From assembly GCA_964252035.1 (NCBI GenBank), contig OZ176212.1: DNA of 64,000 nt. One strand, written 5' to 3'. Under the pieces are notes generated by a model. It did no database searches. It worked only from the letters and a program-made list of their open reading frames with translations, and had not been told where the DNA came from. Positions 42,001 to 54,244 of this stretch are shown here, one piece after another (position 1 is the first letter of the stretch; each line of letters begins with the position of its first letter). This DNA comes from Podarcis erhardii (lineage: Eukaryota). A program made the position numbers and the translations under genes.

Positions 42001-45000
42001 ACAAACCCACTTCCCTAATAGATTGGGATTTTTTTGCAAGAAAGAGGTGGGGGAAAGGTAGTAGGAAGTGTGCGATGGTGCTTGCATCATGCATTGCCAT
42101 CTAATCTGCCCACAAACAGGTCATCTGGAACAAATTTTGAGAGCTAAGAAACAGCCAGGGAGATTTTCCCCACTTTAAGCATCCTCATCCCATTTTGGAA
42201 GAGCCCCCCGCCCCCGTGTGAGACTGATTTCTCCCCTTGCTTCCCAGTTTCGCTGTTGTGGGGTGCAGAACTACACAGACTGGTTTGAGGTCCGCAACAG
42301 AACGTGGGTTCCGGAGTCCTGCTGCTTGCAGCAAAGTGACATCTGCCAAGTGGACAGCGCCAGCTGGTGGAAGGAGGTGAGACGGCAGCAGGAGTTGCCC
42401 TCAAGGAACAGAGAATCCCCTACGGCTGTGGGTTCCAAATTGGGTTGTCCACTGACCCCCCTCCAGGAATGCTTGTGTCCTGAGCAAGTGGCAAATGGCT
42501 AAATGCAGGGTCTGATTACCGAGGCTGGCCTGCACTAAAACCCTCCAGCAGACCTCTTTCTCGGAGCTGTTGAGGTTGAGAGGGCCTTTGACACTCTGTC
42601 CTGCGACAAAAGTATCAGCTTCTGGCTTTTGACCGTAGATTCTCACCTCCCTCTCTGACTATACAACACACTCAAAATTACTTGTGTGCTGTTCTAACTT
42701 CATGGCTTATCCCAGTGAATCCTGAGAACTGTCACTCAATGAGGTGCTGAGACATCTCTGTTTTTAACATTTTGTGCATTAAATGTTGAGCTGTCTCAGG
42801 AAGGAGGGAATGATGAAACCAGAAGGGGAAGGGGTTCCTAGTCTTTGGTGGTCTACAGACCAGCACATGACTTTTATGAAGCCCCCCAAAATTTCAAAAC
42901 TAGCTACTCTGTGTGTCTTCTTGCTGTTAGCAATATGCAATAAGACAGAGGGCCTTTGTAGATTGCTTTTCCTGAGGAAAGCGTCCTAGTCCACCCCTCT
43001 TCTGATGTTTCAACCCAACTGAGTTTTGGTGACGGCTGCAGCAATGTCTTTGATTGGCTTCATTAATGCCGCTTCTCAAAGCTGTCATGTTAATTTAACT
43101 CATCTTTTTAACTGTGAGATTTTCTTGCTCTTTTTTTTGAGCGGGATGGCATATCTGCTTTATGATTTTTAAAACATGTTGTTTATACTTAAAAGTCGCT
43201 AATGAGAAGCAGGCTATAAATATATTGGGGGGAAAACAACAACACCTAGTCCAGGCTATAGTATGGATACATCCAATTTTATTTAGTTATCTTCCTCCCT
43301 TCCCCAATATATTTTACTCTCAAAAGACTTACATAAAAGGAGAGTGGCGGTCAGCCTATTAGTGTGACCAGTTACCAGCTTGGGTTGCTGCAGTTTTAAC
43401 AATATAGGCAAATTAGAACAGGTTCAGAAAAGAGCACTGAAGATGACCCGCTGCATGGAAAATAATCCTGGGAAGAAAAGTTGAAGGAACCAGGTATGTT
43501 GATTCTGTTTATACTGAGAGGGGTGTGTGTGTGTAATAGCCCTCTTCGAGGAGAAGTGCTGTCACATAAAGCAGAGGCAGGGAACTTCAGGGTCAAATGC
43601 AGCCTGCCAGGCCTATCTGTCTGTTGAAATTTTCCTCAGCCTCATCCCTCACTGGTGCTGCTTCGTATCTAGAGTGTTTTTGCCTGACTGTAGTATGTCC
43701 TTGAACTCTCCTAATGCCTGTTGCTTGTCTGGATGGAGGACAGAGAGGGGTGACTGTGCAGAAACCAGTCTAGTTACTGTACAGTGGTAAAATTTACCTT
43801 CATTCCTTCACCCATCCTAGCCTGCAGCTCCCAGCTAGTTGCCAAGAAGAAAATGCAACCCTCCTGCTGGCAAAGGTTCCTGTTGCAGAAGAAAGGCTTG
43901 TTCACTTCAGCCCAGTGGATCAGAAGGGGGGAGACTTTAAGTTATAGGAGCTGATTTGGGCTGACTATTCAGTTTAATACTCAACCCAAATATTCAACTG
44001 ATTGATGGCAAGCGCAGTTCCACAATGGAACAAATGATCCAGAGTTCCTGCTAGAAACAGCTTGCATGTTAAATAAACGTTAGATTAAATGGAAGACAAC
44101 ATTTTTTCGGTGCACAGGAGTGTGATCAACCCAGATCGGAGGCACTGCCTCTTCTTGCCAGCACTCTCTGGTGACCATATTTGTTTTGTGCTCTATTCCC
44201 CTAAAGCCCTGTTACGAGAAGGTGAAACGCTGGCTAGGAGAGAACATCTCAGCCATGGGCATCTTTGCCGCCTGCATCATTGTTGTCCAGGTGAGCAGGA
44301 AGGAAGAGCCATGGGAGGGGACACGCCTGACCTGAGCAACTGCTGAGGCTGCTCTGGTGCAACAACGCATGTGCCACCCATTACCATCAGCACAAGAACA
44401 GAAGGTGGGGTTGTCTGCAGGGGACCACAGAATAGGATGCAGCCAGGGCAGGAATTATTTCCAACACTGGCCATAGTCCCACAGGGAGTAAATAAATAAA
44501 TTGGAAGCAACACGTAAACTGGTGCAATCTGTGCTTTCGAAAGGCATCCCCCTTTAGGAGAGAAGACTGTCCAGGAGGATGGTTTCCTGACTGGGAAAAG
44601 ACCACATAGAAGCTGCCCCTGCCACCTCCAGTTTGTACAAAATGGGCCAAGAAGCAGGTGACTGGGAAGCCTGAAGCCAGGATATTGGCTCATTTAATAG
44701 AGTCTATGCAGAGTTAGCCAATATGGGGCCTTTTAGAAGTTGTGGACTACAACTCCCATCAGCCCCAGGCAGCATGGCCAGAGGTCACAGGTGATGGGAA
44801 TTGTAGTCCAAAATATCTAGAGGGCAGCCCATTGGCTACACCTGGTCTACACGGACAGGCAGCAGCTTTCCAGCCTTTTAGACAGCCCTGCTTGGAGATC
44901 CTGGGTGGTTGGACCTGAGACCTTATGCTCAGCCTTCCTACATTTTAGAGGCAGCAGCGAGGATGGGAGTTCAGGAGGCAGCATCTTAATTCCAATATTG

Positions 45001-45148
45001 TAAGGAAGTGACATGCTGGGCTGGGACTCTTCCGCCCCCAATTTTTGTTGTCAGTCTGACCTGATTTATGTCTCTCCAGGTCTTGGGCATTGTTTTCTCC
45101 ATGCTGATGTACTGCCAGGTGCGGCGGGCGGAGAAATACTATGACTGA
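39086..45148 (+). CDS. Tetraspanin, TSPAN4-like (TSPAN4/TSPAN9/CD53 family), 239 aa
   Basis: Kozak CCACCATGG; exons 39086-39154, 39884-40075, 40790-40864, 41784-41885, 42248-42376, 44207-44290, 45080-45148 (69/192/75/102/129/84/69 nt, all phase 0, GT-AG). Four TM segments; LEL FRCCGVQNYTDWFEV..PESCC..C..WWKEPCYEKVKRWL with six cysteines; ends MYCQVRRAEKYYD*. Confidence 0.93.
44735..44840. mobile_element. Palindromic MITE copy
   Basis: TGGACTACAACTCCCATCA / TGATGGGAATTGTAGTCCA arms. Confidence 0.7.
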
Positions 45149-45531
45149 GCCCCATCTGAGTAAATTCTTCATGCCTCCGTCTTTGTGGCTCAGAAGCAGC
45201 ACCAAGGGGATTCCTAGCTCCTTTAGGGCACCCACTTTCCCTTGCTTCCTCTCCCTTTCGCTTTCTTCCTTATTTGAGAGAGGAAGATACCCCTCCTTCC
45301 CTGCTGGGAGAGGAAGATACCCCTCCTTCCCTCTGAAGGACCTCGTTTTTTGCTAAATCTTTTATTGTGCATACCTCTTTTCAGGCCTAGAGTGGGATTA
45401 TATTTCCTTTCATCTTAGCCTACATAATCCCCCACCCCACCCCTATATTTTACATTGTGATTCTGACACCTACCCGCCCTTTGCCCTTCAATCTTGTTGC
45501 TTTTGTATATAACAGAACTATACCAAGCACC

Positions 45532-45537
45532 AATAAA
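45532..45537 (+). terminator. Tetraspanin polyadenylation signal
   Basis: AATAAA ~385 nt after the stop codon, with upstream TGTA and downstream U-rich sequence. Confidence 0.65.
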
Positions 45538-45563
45538 GCAATTAATCCCTTTTAGTCACTCTA

Positions 45564-45569
45564 TTTATT
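45564..45569 (-). terminator. AKT1S1 polyadenylation signal
   Basis: AATAAA on the minus strand ~1.33 kb after the AKT1S1 stop codon; a second candidate lies at 45361-45366. Confidence 0.5.
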
Positions 45570-46900
45570 TCCTGCTGCACATTTGTATTTTGGGCTAGGG
45601 GTGAAGACTGACAGCTGCTCAGAGTTCTTCATGCTAACTCTCCATCAGTCCAAATGGCAAGTGATTTTATGAATGAGGCGATCTCCTCTTTGAGGGAGGG
45701 GGGATATAAACAGAAGAGGGAAAATATATAATGGGGCATGTTTCTCCCCCTCCTGTTTTGCTCCGCTCACAGGTCTGGATGAAGGTAGCTGGTGGTACAG
45801 GAAGAGGTCTTCCACAAAGGCCTGCCATCCCACCACCTTTCTGGAGATGTAACCCGCCCCCCTTCTAACTCACTTCTTGTCAATCAGACAATACAGCAAA
45901 AGAGTTGGTAAAAGACAGCTTTTTTTAATTATTATTATTATTATTGGCTTGTAGGTTTGCAGGAAGGAGAAAAAAAATACATCCTCTCCTTTCCAATTCA
46001 CCAATCATCTTTGGACAAAAATAGAGGGCCAGGGCCACAAAGCGCCCTTGAAAAATCTGATACAAAAGTATTATGCTGGGGCAGCGAGGGGGTGGGTGTA
46101 AGATAAACGGAGGGGTGTAGGTGACTCCTAGAGCCGCTTTTACATCCCGCCTGCCATGAGAGCAGCCTCACCTTTGCACCACCCCTCCCCCCAAGAGGGA
46201 AAAAAGGACCCTGAAGTACCGCTCCTGGAAATTGGGAGAGAGCTATGCATGGGGAAAGTGGGGGAGGGGGAGGGGGGGCAAGCAGAAAACGACAGGATTC
46301 CTTCCCCCACCACTGCTGCCCTGCTCTACAAAGGGTCAGTTAGGTCAAGTGTATAGACAAACCCAGCTTATGTGCAAAGGATATTTTAAGACACTTATTT
46401 TGGGAGGAAGAAAGCAAAAAAGGGGGGGGGCTTGGGGAACTGAGGAAGGGAACCCACCGCAGCCAGATGCTGGGGTAGACTAGAAGGGTTGATGGTGGTG
46501 GCAAGAACAGATATGGGGGTGTATTTGTTGTCAGTATCCGTCCGTAGTGTTCCATTTCCCTCTTCTATGTGTCAGGGACCCCTCTCAGAAAAAACAACAA
46601 CTGTACCTCCTCAATTAGATAGGATAGAAGGGGAAAGTGGGACAGAATTTCTGGCGTGGAGAGGAGACAATTGGACCCTCCACGCCAGCTGTAGTGTGGA
46701 GATTGAGGTCATCACTTTAATTTAAAGCTTGTGGGAGCTCAGGAAAGTTAGAGTGGGAAAAGAGAGGGGCGGGAATTCGAGTTGTATGGCTTGAGGGGAG
46801 CTTCCAACCCTGTCCACCGATTTGGATGTGTGTGTGTGGGGGGGGAGAAATAAAAGGGCACAAACAGAGGAAGGGGCGGGACAAAGGGCCACCAGATCCA

Positions 46901-49900
46901 TTAGTATTTCCGCTGTAGTTTCTGGAAGTCGCTCGTGTTGAGGCGCGGCCGAGGCAGGTCCCCAAACATCTCTGTGCCATCTGACACCCTCAGCACCAGA
47001 GCTCGCATGCTGGCAGCAATTTTCTCCAGGTCGGGGGACGAATGCTGTATTGAGGAGCAAGGGAGGGGAAGCCAGGTGGAGAAGTCTTCGTTATTTGTTT
47101 TAAATTATTACGTAAGTCAGCAAAACTAGATCGCTCCCATCCTACATCTAAATTCTCTACCTAGAAGAGCTTTTCGACAGAAGCACCCACTGGGAGTCTG
47201 GAGGTTCTGCCACCCAACTTCCAAAGTCTATGCATTCTACTCTAAGACATACAACTCCAAATTGAGACTCGGTGTATTTCTTTTCTTCTCTGTTGTCAAT
47301 GCTTATAACGCAGAACAATATAAAGGCATCAGGGCAGTGCATGACAAAATTAAGCACCATTTAAAAAATAACAGGTCAATCAAGGATGCTTTAAGCCACC
47401 ATATAGGCCTGGTGGTATAAGAATGTATTTCAGAAACACCTGAAAGTTAACAGGTTTTTTGTTGTTGTTCTTTTTGTGTTCCAAAGCATGGGACTAGTGA
47501 CACTAAATGGCCAACTCCTAGTGGAAGCCATTTGGCCTTTTTCGTAACCCAAGATAAACCTCCTTCCTTGAGATCCTTCACCTACTTTGCTTTCTGGCTC
47601 ACACTAGTTGCAAGCGGCTCCAGCACCCAGGCCGCCCCCTAAGTCTCCCTCTTCTCCATCAAACCGGTCTCAGGCATTATCCTTTGCTCAAGCACCATTA
47701 AAAAAAACACTATTGCTGATTTTCGCGTAAAGTACACATCACACAATTGTCTGCCAAAATCATGAGGAGGGCGAAAGGGCTGTGGACGACTTACAGGCCT
47801 CACCTCGCTCACTTCTGACTTATCTCCCGTTGGCCACGCACATTCAAAGCCTATATTTGCAATCGTAAGAACATGATTTTTAAAGAAAGCAAAGTAAAGC
47901 TGAGACTCCTTGCCTGCTGAATTAACGCAATCGACCTTCGTTTCTGTGCATTCAAGCTGCAGCAACAGGATATGTGCAGTCCCAGCCACTTACAAAAGCT
48001 ACAGTGACACCTGTAGGAACTGGGGGGGGGCGGGTTTGAACTTTTTGCAAATGTGGCCCCAGCATCTTTCCAGCGGCGACCCTACCACCCTGCTGGAAGA
48101 TGTGTTTTTCTGGAGCTTACCCACCAGCCGAACCCTACACACCTGTCTTAAAAAGGAAGGGGGAGAGCTCTGGAGTGTACCCCCCCCAAAAATATATCTG
48201 CCTTTCCAACACACATTCTCAGTTCCTACCCACCTTGCTGTTCTCTTCATCAGAGGATCGCATCTCTTGCCGTTGCTCCTTGAAGCCCCAGATCGGCACT
48301 GAGACAGGCAAGGACTTGGCATACTGATGGCTGAGGGGTGGAGGGGCTGTCTGGCCAGGAGCCTCCTCACTTAGACTCCCATCTGGGAGAGAGAAATGGG
48401 GGGGGGGGAGAAAAATGGGTCAGAAGGAAGGAAGGAAATAAAAAGAAATGAACCATCAAAAAGTATCCTCCTAGCTACAGGAGGGAGGGATAACATCACT
48501 CTCACAGGAACTATGCTCCCATTTATTCCAAATTCCTAAAACTCACTAAGGCAGTGTCTCTCAAACTTGGATCCTCAGCTGTTGTTGGACTACAACTCCC
48601 ATAATCCCTGACCACTGGTCCTGTTAGCTGGAGATGATGGGAGTTGTAGTCCAACAACAGCTAAGGACCCAACACTGCAATGAAAAGGTTGTATGTTTTT
48701 TACAGACGAGTGATGTTGTTTTGCAGCACCCCATGAAACCTCCGGCTTTTGCTGACATAGCATGCATGGCCGGGAGAGGCCTGAAGAGAAACTCCACTAC
48801 AGGAAGCCAGGCATGCACGTTTCAAGCAAATGTCTCCTTTCTACTGTATAAAGTCCCTGAGATGCCTCCCTTATCTTTTGTAAATTTAGCAGTAACGAAA
48901 GAGTGTCAGGCTCCCTTCCGGAAGTGTTCAACCAAGATAAAATCTCCTAAATGTTACTCCTTTCCTTTGCCCACCAGTTCTTGCAAATACTAGATCAAGT
49001 GGTTCCCAATGGCCTGAGGCTCTTGTCAGAACAGCCCAACATATTTGCTCTTTTCCCTACCTCACCTGGACAGCAAAATTAGATGCATCTCTAGAAGCCA
49101 TTTTGCAAGGTTTTTTAGACAGACTCTTCCCGGCTTGCCTTACAGTTTGTAAGATGAACATGGAGCTTCCATGTTCCAAGGCAGTATCTCCAGGTCTGTT
49201 GCCGGGTGCTACATCTTAAGAGATATTGATATTTGGAGCCAAGTTATCAGGAGGTGGTCTGCCCACTTGCAAGCTTTCCCGAGACATCTGCTTTGACTTT
49301 GCTGGAGGTAGAACAAAAGGACTATGGGGACATTTGGCTGGGAAAGGCAATTCGTTTGTCATTAGGATGCACATAACTTCTGCTGCCACCTCCCTTCAAA
49401 ACCCTGGTAGAATAAAAAAACTTAATGAATGTATGAAGCAACAGAGCCCTACTCCTTGTACCCATTGTTCACATTTATTGTTTCCTTCCTCCAAGCCGCT
49501 CAAAGCAGCAAGTGTGGGGATTGGGGGAGGGTCACCTCTTTTATCCTCATAGACCACCTTGTAAGGTAGGCTAGCCTGGCCCAAGGTCACCCAGCGAGCT
49601 TCAGGGCCAAGCACGGATTAAAACCCAAGTTTCTCTGGTACACTCTCACCACTTCACTCCTCTGACTGCTGATCCTCTCCGATGCCCCACAAGGAAGATC
49701 CTGACAAACAGAGAGGGGATGTGGGAAAAGCTGCTCCCTCAAAATACCTATAAAGTCTTGAATGACTCCAGGCCTAATGCAATCAGCAGGGACGTGGGTG
49801 GTGCTGTGGGTTAAACCACAGAGCCTAGGACTTGCTGATCAGAGGGTCGGTGGTTCGAATCCCCATGACGGGGTGAGCTCCTGTTGTTTGGTCCCAGCTC

Positions 49901-52900
49901 CTGCCAACCTAGCAGTTCGAAAGCACCTCCAAGTGCAAGTAGATAAATAGGTACCGCTACGGCAGGAAGGTAAATGGCGTTTCCGTGCACTGCTCTGGTT
50001 CGCCAGAAGCGGCTCAGTCATGCTGGCCACATGACCTGGAAGCTGTACGCCGGCTCCCTCGGCCAATAAAGCGAGGTGAGCACCGCAACCCCAGAGTCGG
50101 CCACGACTGGTCCTAATGGTCAGGGGTCCCTTTACCTAATGCAATCAGCAGTATCTTGGCTTCTTCCACATTTGCAGTCAACATAGTACGTACATTGTGG
50201 GAAGCTGGCAGAGGGAGTGAAGAGACTTTAAAAAAAAGTGGGAAATTCAGCTGCCGCTCACCGTCAGTGCTCTCCAGATCAGAGTCAAAGAAAGGCTCAT
50301 ATTCCTGGCTTGGAGAATCCTCGTCCATCACAAACAAACCTGGAAGTGAATTAAAAACAAAACAGAATTAGATCCCGCTGAGTTGTATGCACAGGGACCC
50401 CCGATTTGAACATGAGAAATAGCCGTTCTGGGACTGCTTATCGAGCGATCCACACAGTTACGTCCGGAGGAACCCCCCAACCCCCAATTATACTGGGATC
50501 CCTCACTAGTTAGGTACAGCTATATTTTGCTTCAAGTTCCATCTCTCAACTGAGAGATGCAAGTGGCAACTGTAAGCAAAGCCTCTTCCCCTTCCTGTGG
50601 CAACTTTAAAAACTAAGAAGAACCCATTTGATCAGGTCAATGGCTCCTCTAACCCAGCATTCTGCTCCCAAGAGTGGCCAACCAGATGCCTTGTGGGAAA
50701 CCTACAAGCACAGGAGAAGACTCTCACATGGTGGTTTCCAGCAACTGGTTTTCAGAAGCATTATTATCTCCAGCTGCGGAGGCAGAGCATAGACAGCATG
50801 GATCATGGCCATTGAGAGCCCTCTCCTCCATGAATCTGTACAATCCTCTTTTATTTTTTCCTTTTTTAATTAAATTTTATTAAAAGTTACCAAAAAACAA
50901 ATAAAAAGAAATAGAACAATACATAACCATACATAAAAACATTTTGTCTACACAATTTTCCAGAATGCAGACTAGAAAAGAAGAAAGACAAAAGATAAAA
51001 GAAAGAAACAAGAAAAAGAATGAAGAGAAAAAATACTTTTCATAATCAATTATTCCAAATTCATACTTCAAACATTACAATATTTAAATCCTAATTAAAA
51101 TATTATAAAAGACTTCCACCGCATTCACCACACGTCTCTTCGTTATCTAATTCACCTTTACATCTGTTCTTCAGTCACTTCCTTTCCTTAAATTCTTTCG
51201 TAGTCCATCTAATCTTTGTATTCTCAGTATTCTTCACAAGGTATTCTCAGTATTCTAAGCACAACCAAACTTTCGTGTTTGATCCCTGTTTGCGTAAATA
51301 TTCATTTAAGCATTCCCATTGTTTCTGTACCATAGTTTTAGATTTATGCCTTATTATATCCGTCAATTTTGCTAACTCCAGATACTCACATAGTTTACTT
51401 AACCATTCCCTTTTTGTTGGGATGTTATTTCCTTTCCAGTAACTGGCCACCAGCATTCTCACTGCTGTTTTTGGGTATAGGAATATGTTAATTTTATCTT
51501 TGGGGATATCCTTACTCAAAATTCCTAATAAGTATGCTTCTACCCTTTTGTTATATGAAACGTTTATTAATTTTTTAAATTTCTTCATGGATCATTTCCC
51601 AGAATTTTTTGATCTCTGAACATGTCCACCACATATGGTATAGAGTGCCCTTCATCTTATCGCACCTCCAACATTTATTAATCGATCTATTCATTTTTTC
51701 TAGTCTGTCTATTTTAAAGCCACCTGGGCCAATTTTAACATCATATACCTGCGTGGAACTCCTCACCAGATGAGGAGGTGATTTTTTTATTTTTAAAAAG
51801 CATTTCTGATTTAAGAACATACCGGAGGGAAAGGGTGGGAGAGGGGTTGTTTTTTTTCAGTGCCAAGAAGTACAGATTAAAGGACAAAGCATTTGCGTTC
51901 AGTCTCTGAAAAATACTGCATTTCTCATTATTTCCACATCAAAATATAAGCTAAAATGGGAGCTGGGATAGAGCCTGGAAACCTGACAGCCAGTTTTGCT
52001 ACATCTCCTTAAGTGGCACAGAAGCAACGTTACACGAAAATCGTATTTTTCTGCGATAAAATCTGATCGCAATGTACGTCAGCAGTCCAGTTTTCTGGGA
52101 CGGCAACTGGACCAGCACATAGTTTAAACAATGGGATTCACTATTGCAGGATGTTAATAGTGGCACCAAACTTTAACGTCTTTAAAAGGGGCTTAGACAA
52201 ATTCATGGAGGATAAAGCTATCAATGGGTATTGGCAGGTGGTGTGTTTTTGGTTTTTAATTTTTCTATCGAAACTTTTCAGCATACAATACAATAAAAAA
52301 CAAACTGTTCTAAATAGTAAAAAAGAAAAAGCGAAAGGCAGTGGGTGGGTGGGAATACACAGCCCCCTGTCAGGGGTAGATCTTAAACCTTGTCTCACAC
52401 AACAGCGGGTGGACCCTTCCAGCTTTCACCTGGGAGCATCCCATTCATCTCCCAGGCTCCCACCCTGAGAGATCTTCCCTTCCCTGTCTCTCACACAGGG
52501 TCTTTTTCTGTTATCAAACCACCATTCCCACTAAAGTGGTCAATTCCGCAAGTTCTATCACCATAAACACCACTTTGAAACACTTTTGTTTCTAGGTTGT
52601 GAGCTTGGGGCTATATTGAAACTCTTTAGGGGGCAGATTTAAAGAGTCAAAAATTATACTTTCAAGTATTGCTAAAATGGTGAAGAGCTCCTCTCTCCTT
52701 TGGGAAGGCAAGGATGGTGATGTGCTGTGTGCCTGGATATGGATTCTGATCTGGAAAAAAAGCATTATCCAAAGTTGAGTTTCTGAGAAAGGGGCATCTG
52801 CGTGCTAGGTGTCAGGAAACATCCAACAGGAGTGAAGAAAGCATTACTTTGGAAGAAGCAGATTCAATGAGAAAGCCACACCAAAATTTCAGCTCATTAT

Positions 52901-54244
52901 CTCTGTTTATTATCTGTGATCTGAACAAGACTAGTGCATCCTGACCAGAACAGGCAAAATACTCAGGATTTTGCAGTGAAGAAAGAAACACCAAGTTTCT
53001 AGGAGTTAAAGGCACACTTTCAGCAGTTTTCCACAAAAGGAAATCTTGATATTGCTATGGATAAACCTCATGCATGGAACAAACCCTTGTTGAGGGTGAA
53101 ATAATAATAATGACTTTAAACCAAGCATTATCCTATGCAGACTGATTCAGCTGAGCGTTAGTGCTGCAAAGCTTGCCTTCCTGAATTGAAAGAGGTCTGG
53201 TGGTTTCCTCTGGGGACACATCCACAGCAGAGAATGCTCCAGGCTACTTGAGAAGGGAGTGTCCTAGCAGCAGCTCCTGGGAGACAGGAATAATGTAGGA
53301 CACATTCACACCATATATTTAAAGCACTGCGATACTAAAGGGAGCTTAAGGGTAACAACTGAGAGTTGTTAAGAAACCCCTCCTCTTCTCACAGACCTAC
53401 AATTCAGAGGTCCCTGGGAAGAGGGATTGATTCTTAAACCACTAAGATTTTTAAGCTCTGGGGGAGGAGTGGGGTCTCCCAACAACTCTCAGCACCCTTA
53501 ACAAACTACAGCTCCCATAATTCTTTGAGGGAAGCCACAACTGTTTCAATGGTATCATTGTGATTTAAACGTATGGTGTGAATGTTGCTTTAATGAATTT
53601 ACTTCTGGCTGCTGTGACTTTTTGCTTTATTTGTTAAGATGTTGCCTATCACTCCCCATTTTTAGTGATTATACAGCATTGCAATGATGCTACTGTCAGC
53701 CACTGTAAGCATTTTAAGGGAAGCCGAGATAAATATTTTTTTTCCCACAAACAAACCACCGACTGCACATAGACGTACCAGTGGTGTCACTGGGATGCTC
53801 TCTCCCACCTGGCTGCTCCAATTCTGTCAATGTATTCCTGTCTCCTTCATCGTCTTCCTCTTCGTGCTCCTGGCCTCCAGAAGCCTGGGGCAAGGGCCCC
53901 TGGGGGGTAGGTGTCCTGTGTGGGGCAGGCTCATCTGAGGCATTGGTAGAGGGGCAGCTCCTGGAGTAAGACCCGTTGGTGGGACCTGGGCGGGGGGCAG
54001 AAGGAGGACGGGCAGCATAGGTAAAGGCGGTGGTCTTGTGAACCACCGCGATATCTTCGAGGTAGCGTTGAACGGCATCAGCCAGAGCCCCACTTCCATG
54101 CTGTGCGTAGCTGAAGCCACCAGGGGGTGGGGCCCTGAAGGCGGTGAGCAGCACTATCTCATTGCCTGTCTGACGCCGGTACTGTTCTGCTGCAGCAACC
54201 AGGGCCGCCCAGCTTTCCTTGTGGTTATCCGCCATGTTCGTCAT
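46901..54244 (-). CDS. AKT1S1: Proline-rich AKT1 substrate 1 (PRAS40), 278 aa from ATG 54244 or 275 aa from ATG 54235
   Basis: Exons 54244-53779, 50339-50262 (TOS motif FVMDE), 48382-48234 ([22 protein letters not shown]) and 47044-46901 ([30 protein letters not shown], Akt site). GT-AG, frame continuous. Confidence 0.94.
48552..48678. mobile_element. Palindromic MITE copy
   Basis: CAGCTGTTGTTGGACTACAACTCCCAT / ATGGGAGTTGTAGTCCAACAACAGCT long hairpin. Confidence 0.75.
49790..50134 (+). mobile_element. Full-length Sauria SINE with target-site duplication
   Basis: GGGACG..GGTTCGAATCCC B box..GGTCAGGGGTCCCTTTACC tail; CCTAATGCAATCAGCAG is repeated at 49773-49789 and 50135-50151. Confidence 0.9.
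50610..50847 (-). mobile_element. CR1 LINE 3' fragment
   Basis: GATCAGG.CAATGG..GTGGCCAACCAGATGCC..CCTCCATGAAT motifs shared with the other CR1 pieces. Confidence 0.6.
50848..51780 (-). mobile_element. 5'-truncated L1-clade LINE (ORF2 C-terminus, frameshifted, plus 3' UTR and A tail)
   Basis: ORFs 51820-51575 and 51588-51247 give [17 protein letters not shown] (zf-RVT cysteine motif) and downstream L1-like C-terminal sequence; AATAAA and an A-rich tail lie at ~50850-50885 on the minus strand. Confidence 0.85.
52120..52230 (+). mobile_element. CR1 LINE 3' fragment
   Basis: ..TTTAAAAGGGGCTTAGACAAATTCATGGAGGATAA.GCTATCAATGG. Confidence 0.65.
53302..53585. mobile_element. MITE with 22-bp terminal inverted repeats
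   Basis: ACATTCACACCATATATTTAAA vs TTTAAACGTATGGTGTGAATGT (20/22 complementary); a partial relative lies at 35540-35660. Confidence 0.7.

Noticed and set aside
50805-52230. Inverted CR1 fragments that might pair in AKT1S1 pre-mRNA
   Set aside because: Only ~43 nt of overlap with many mismatches; too weak for a stable duplex.
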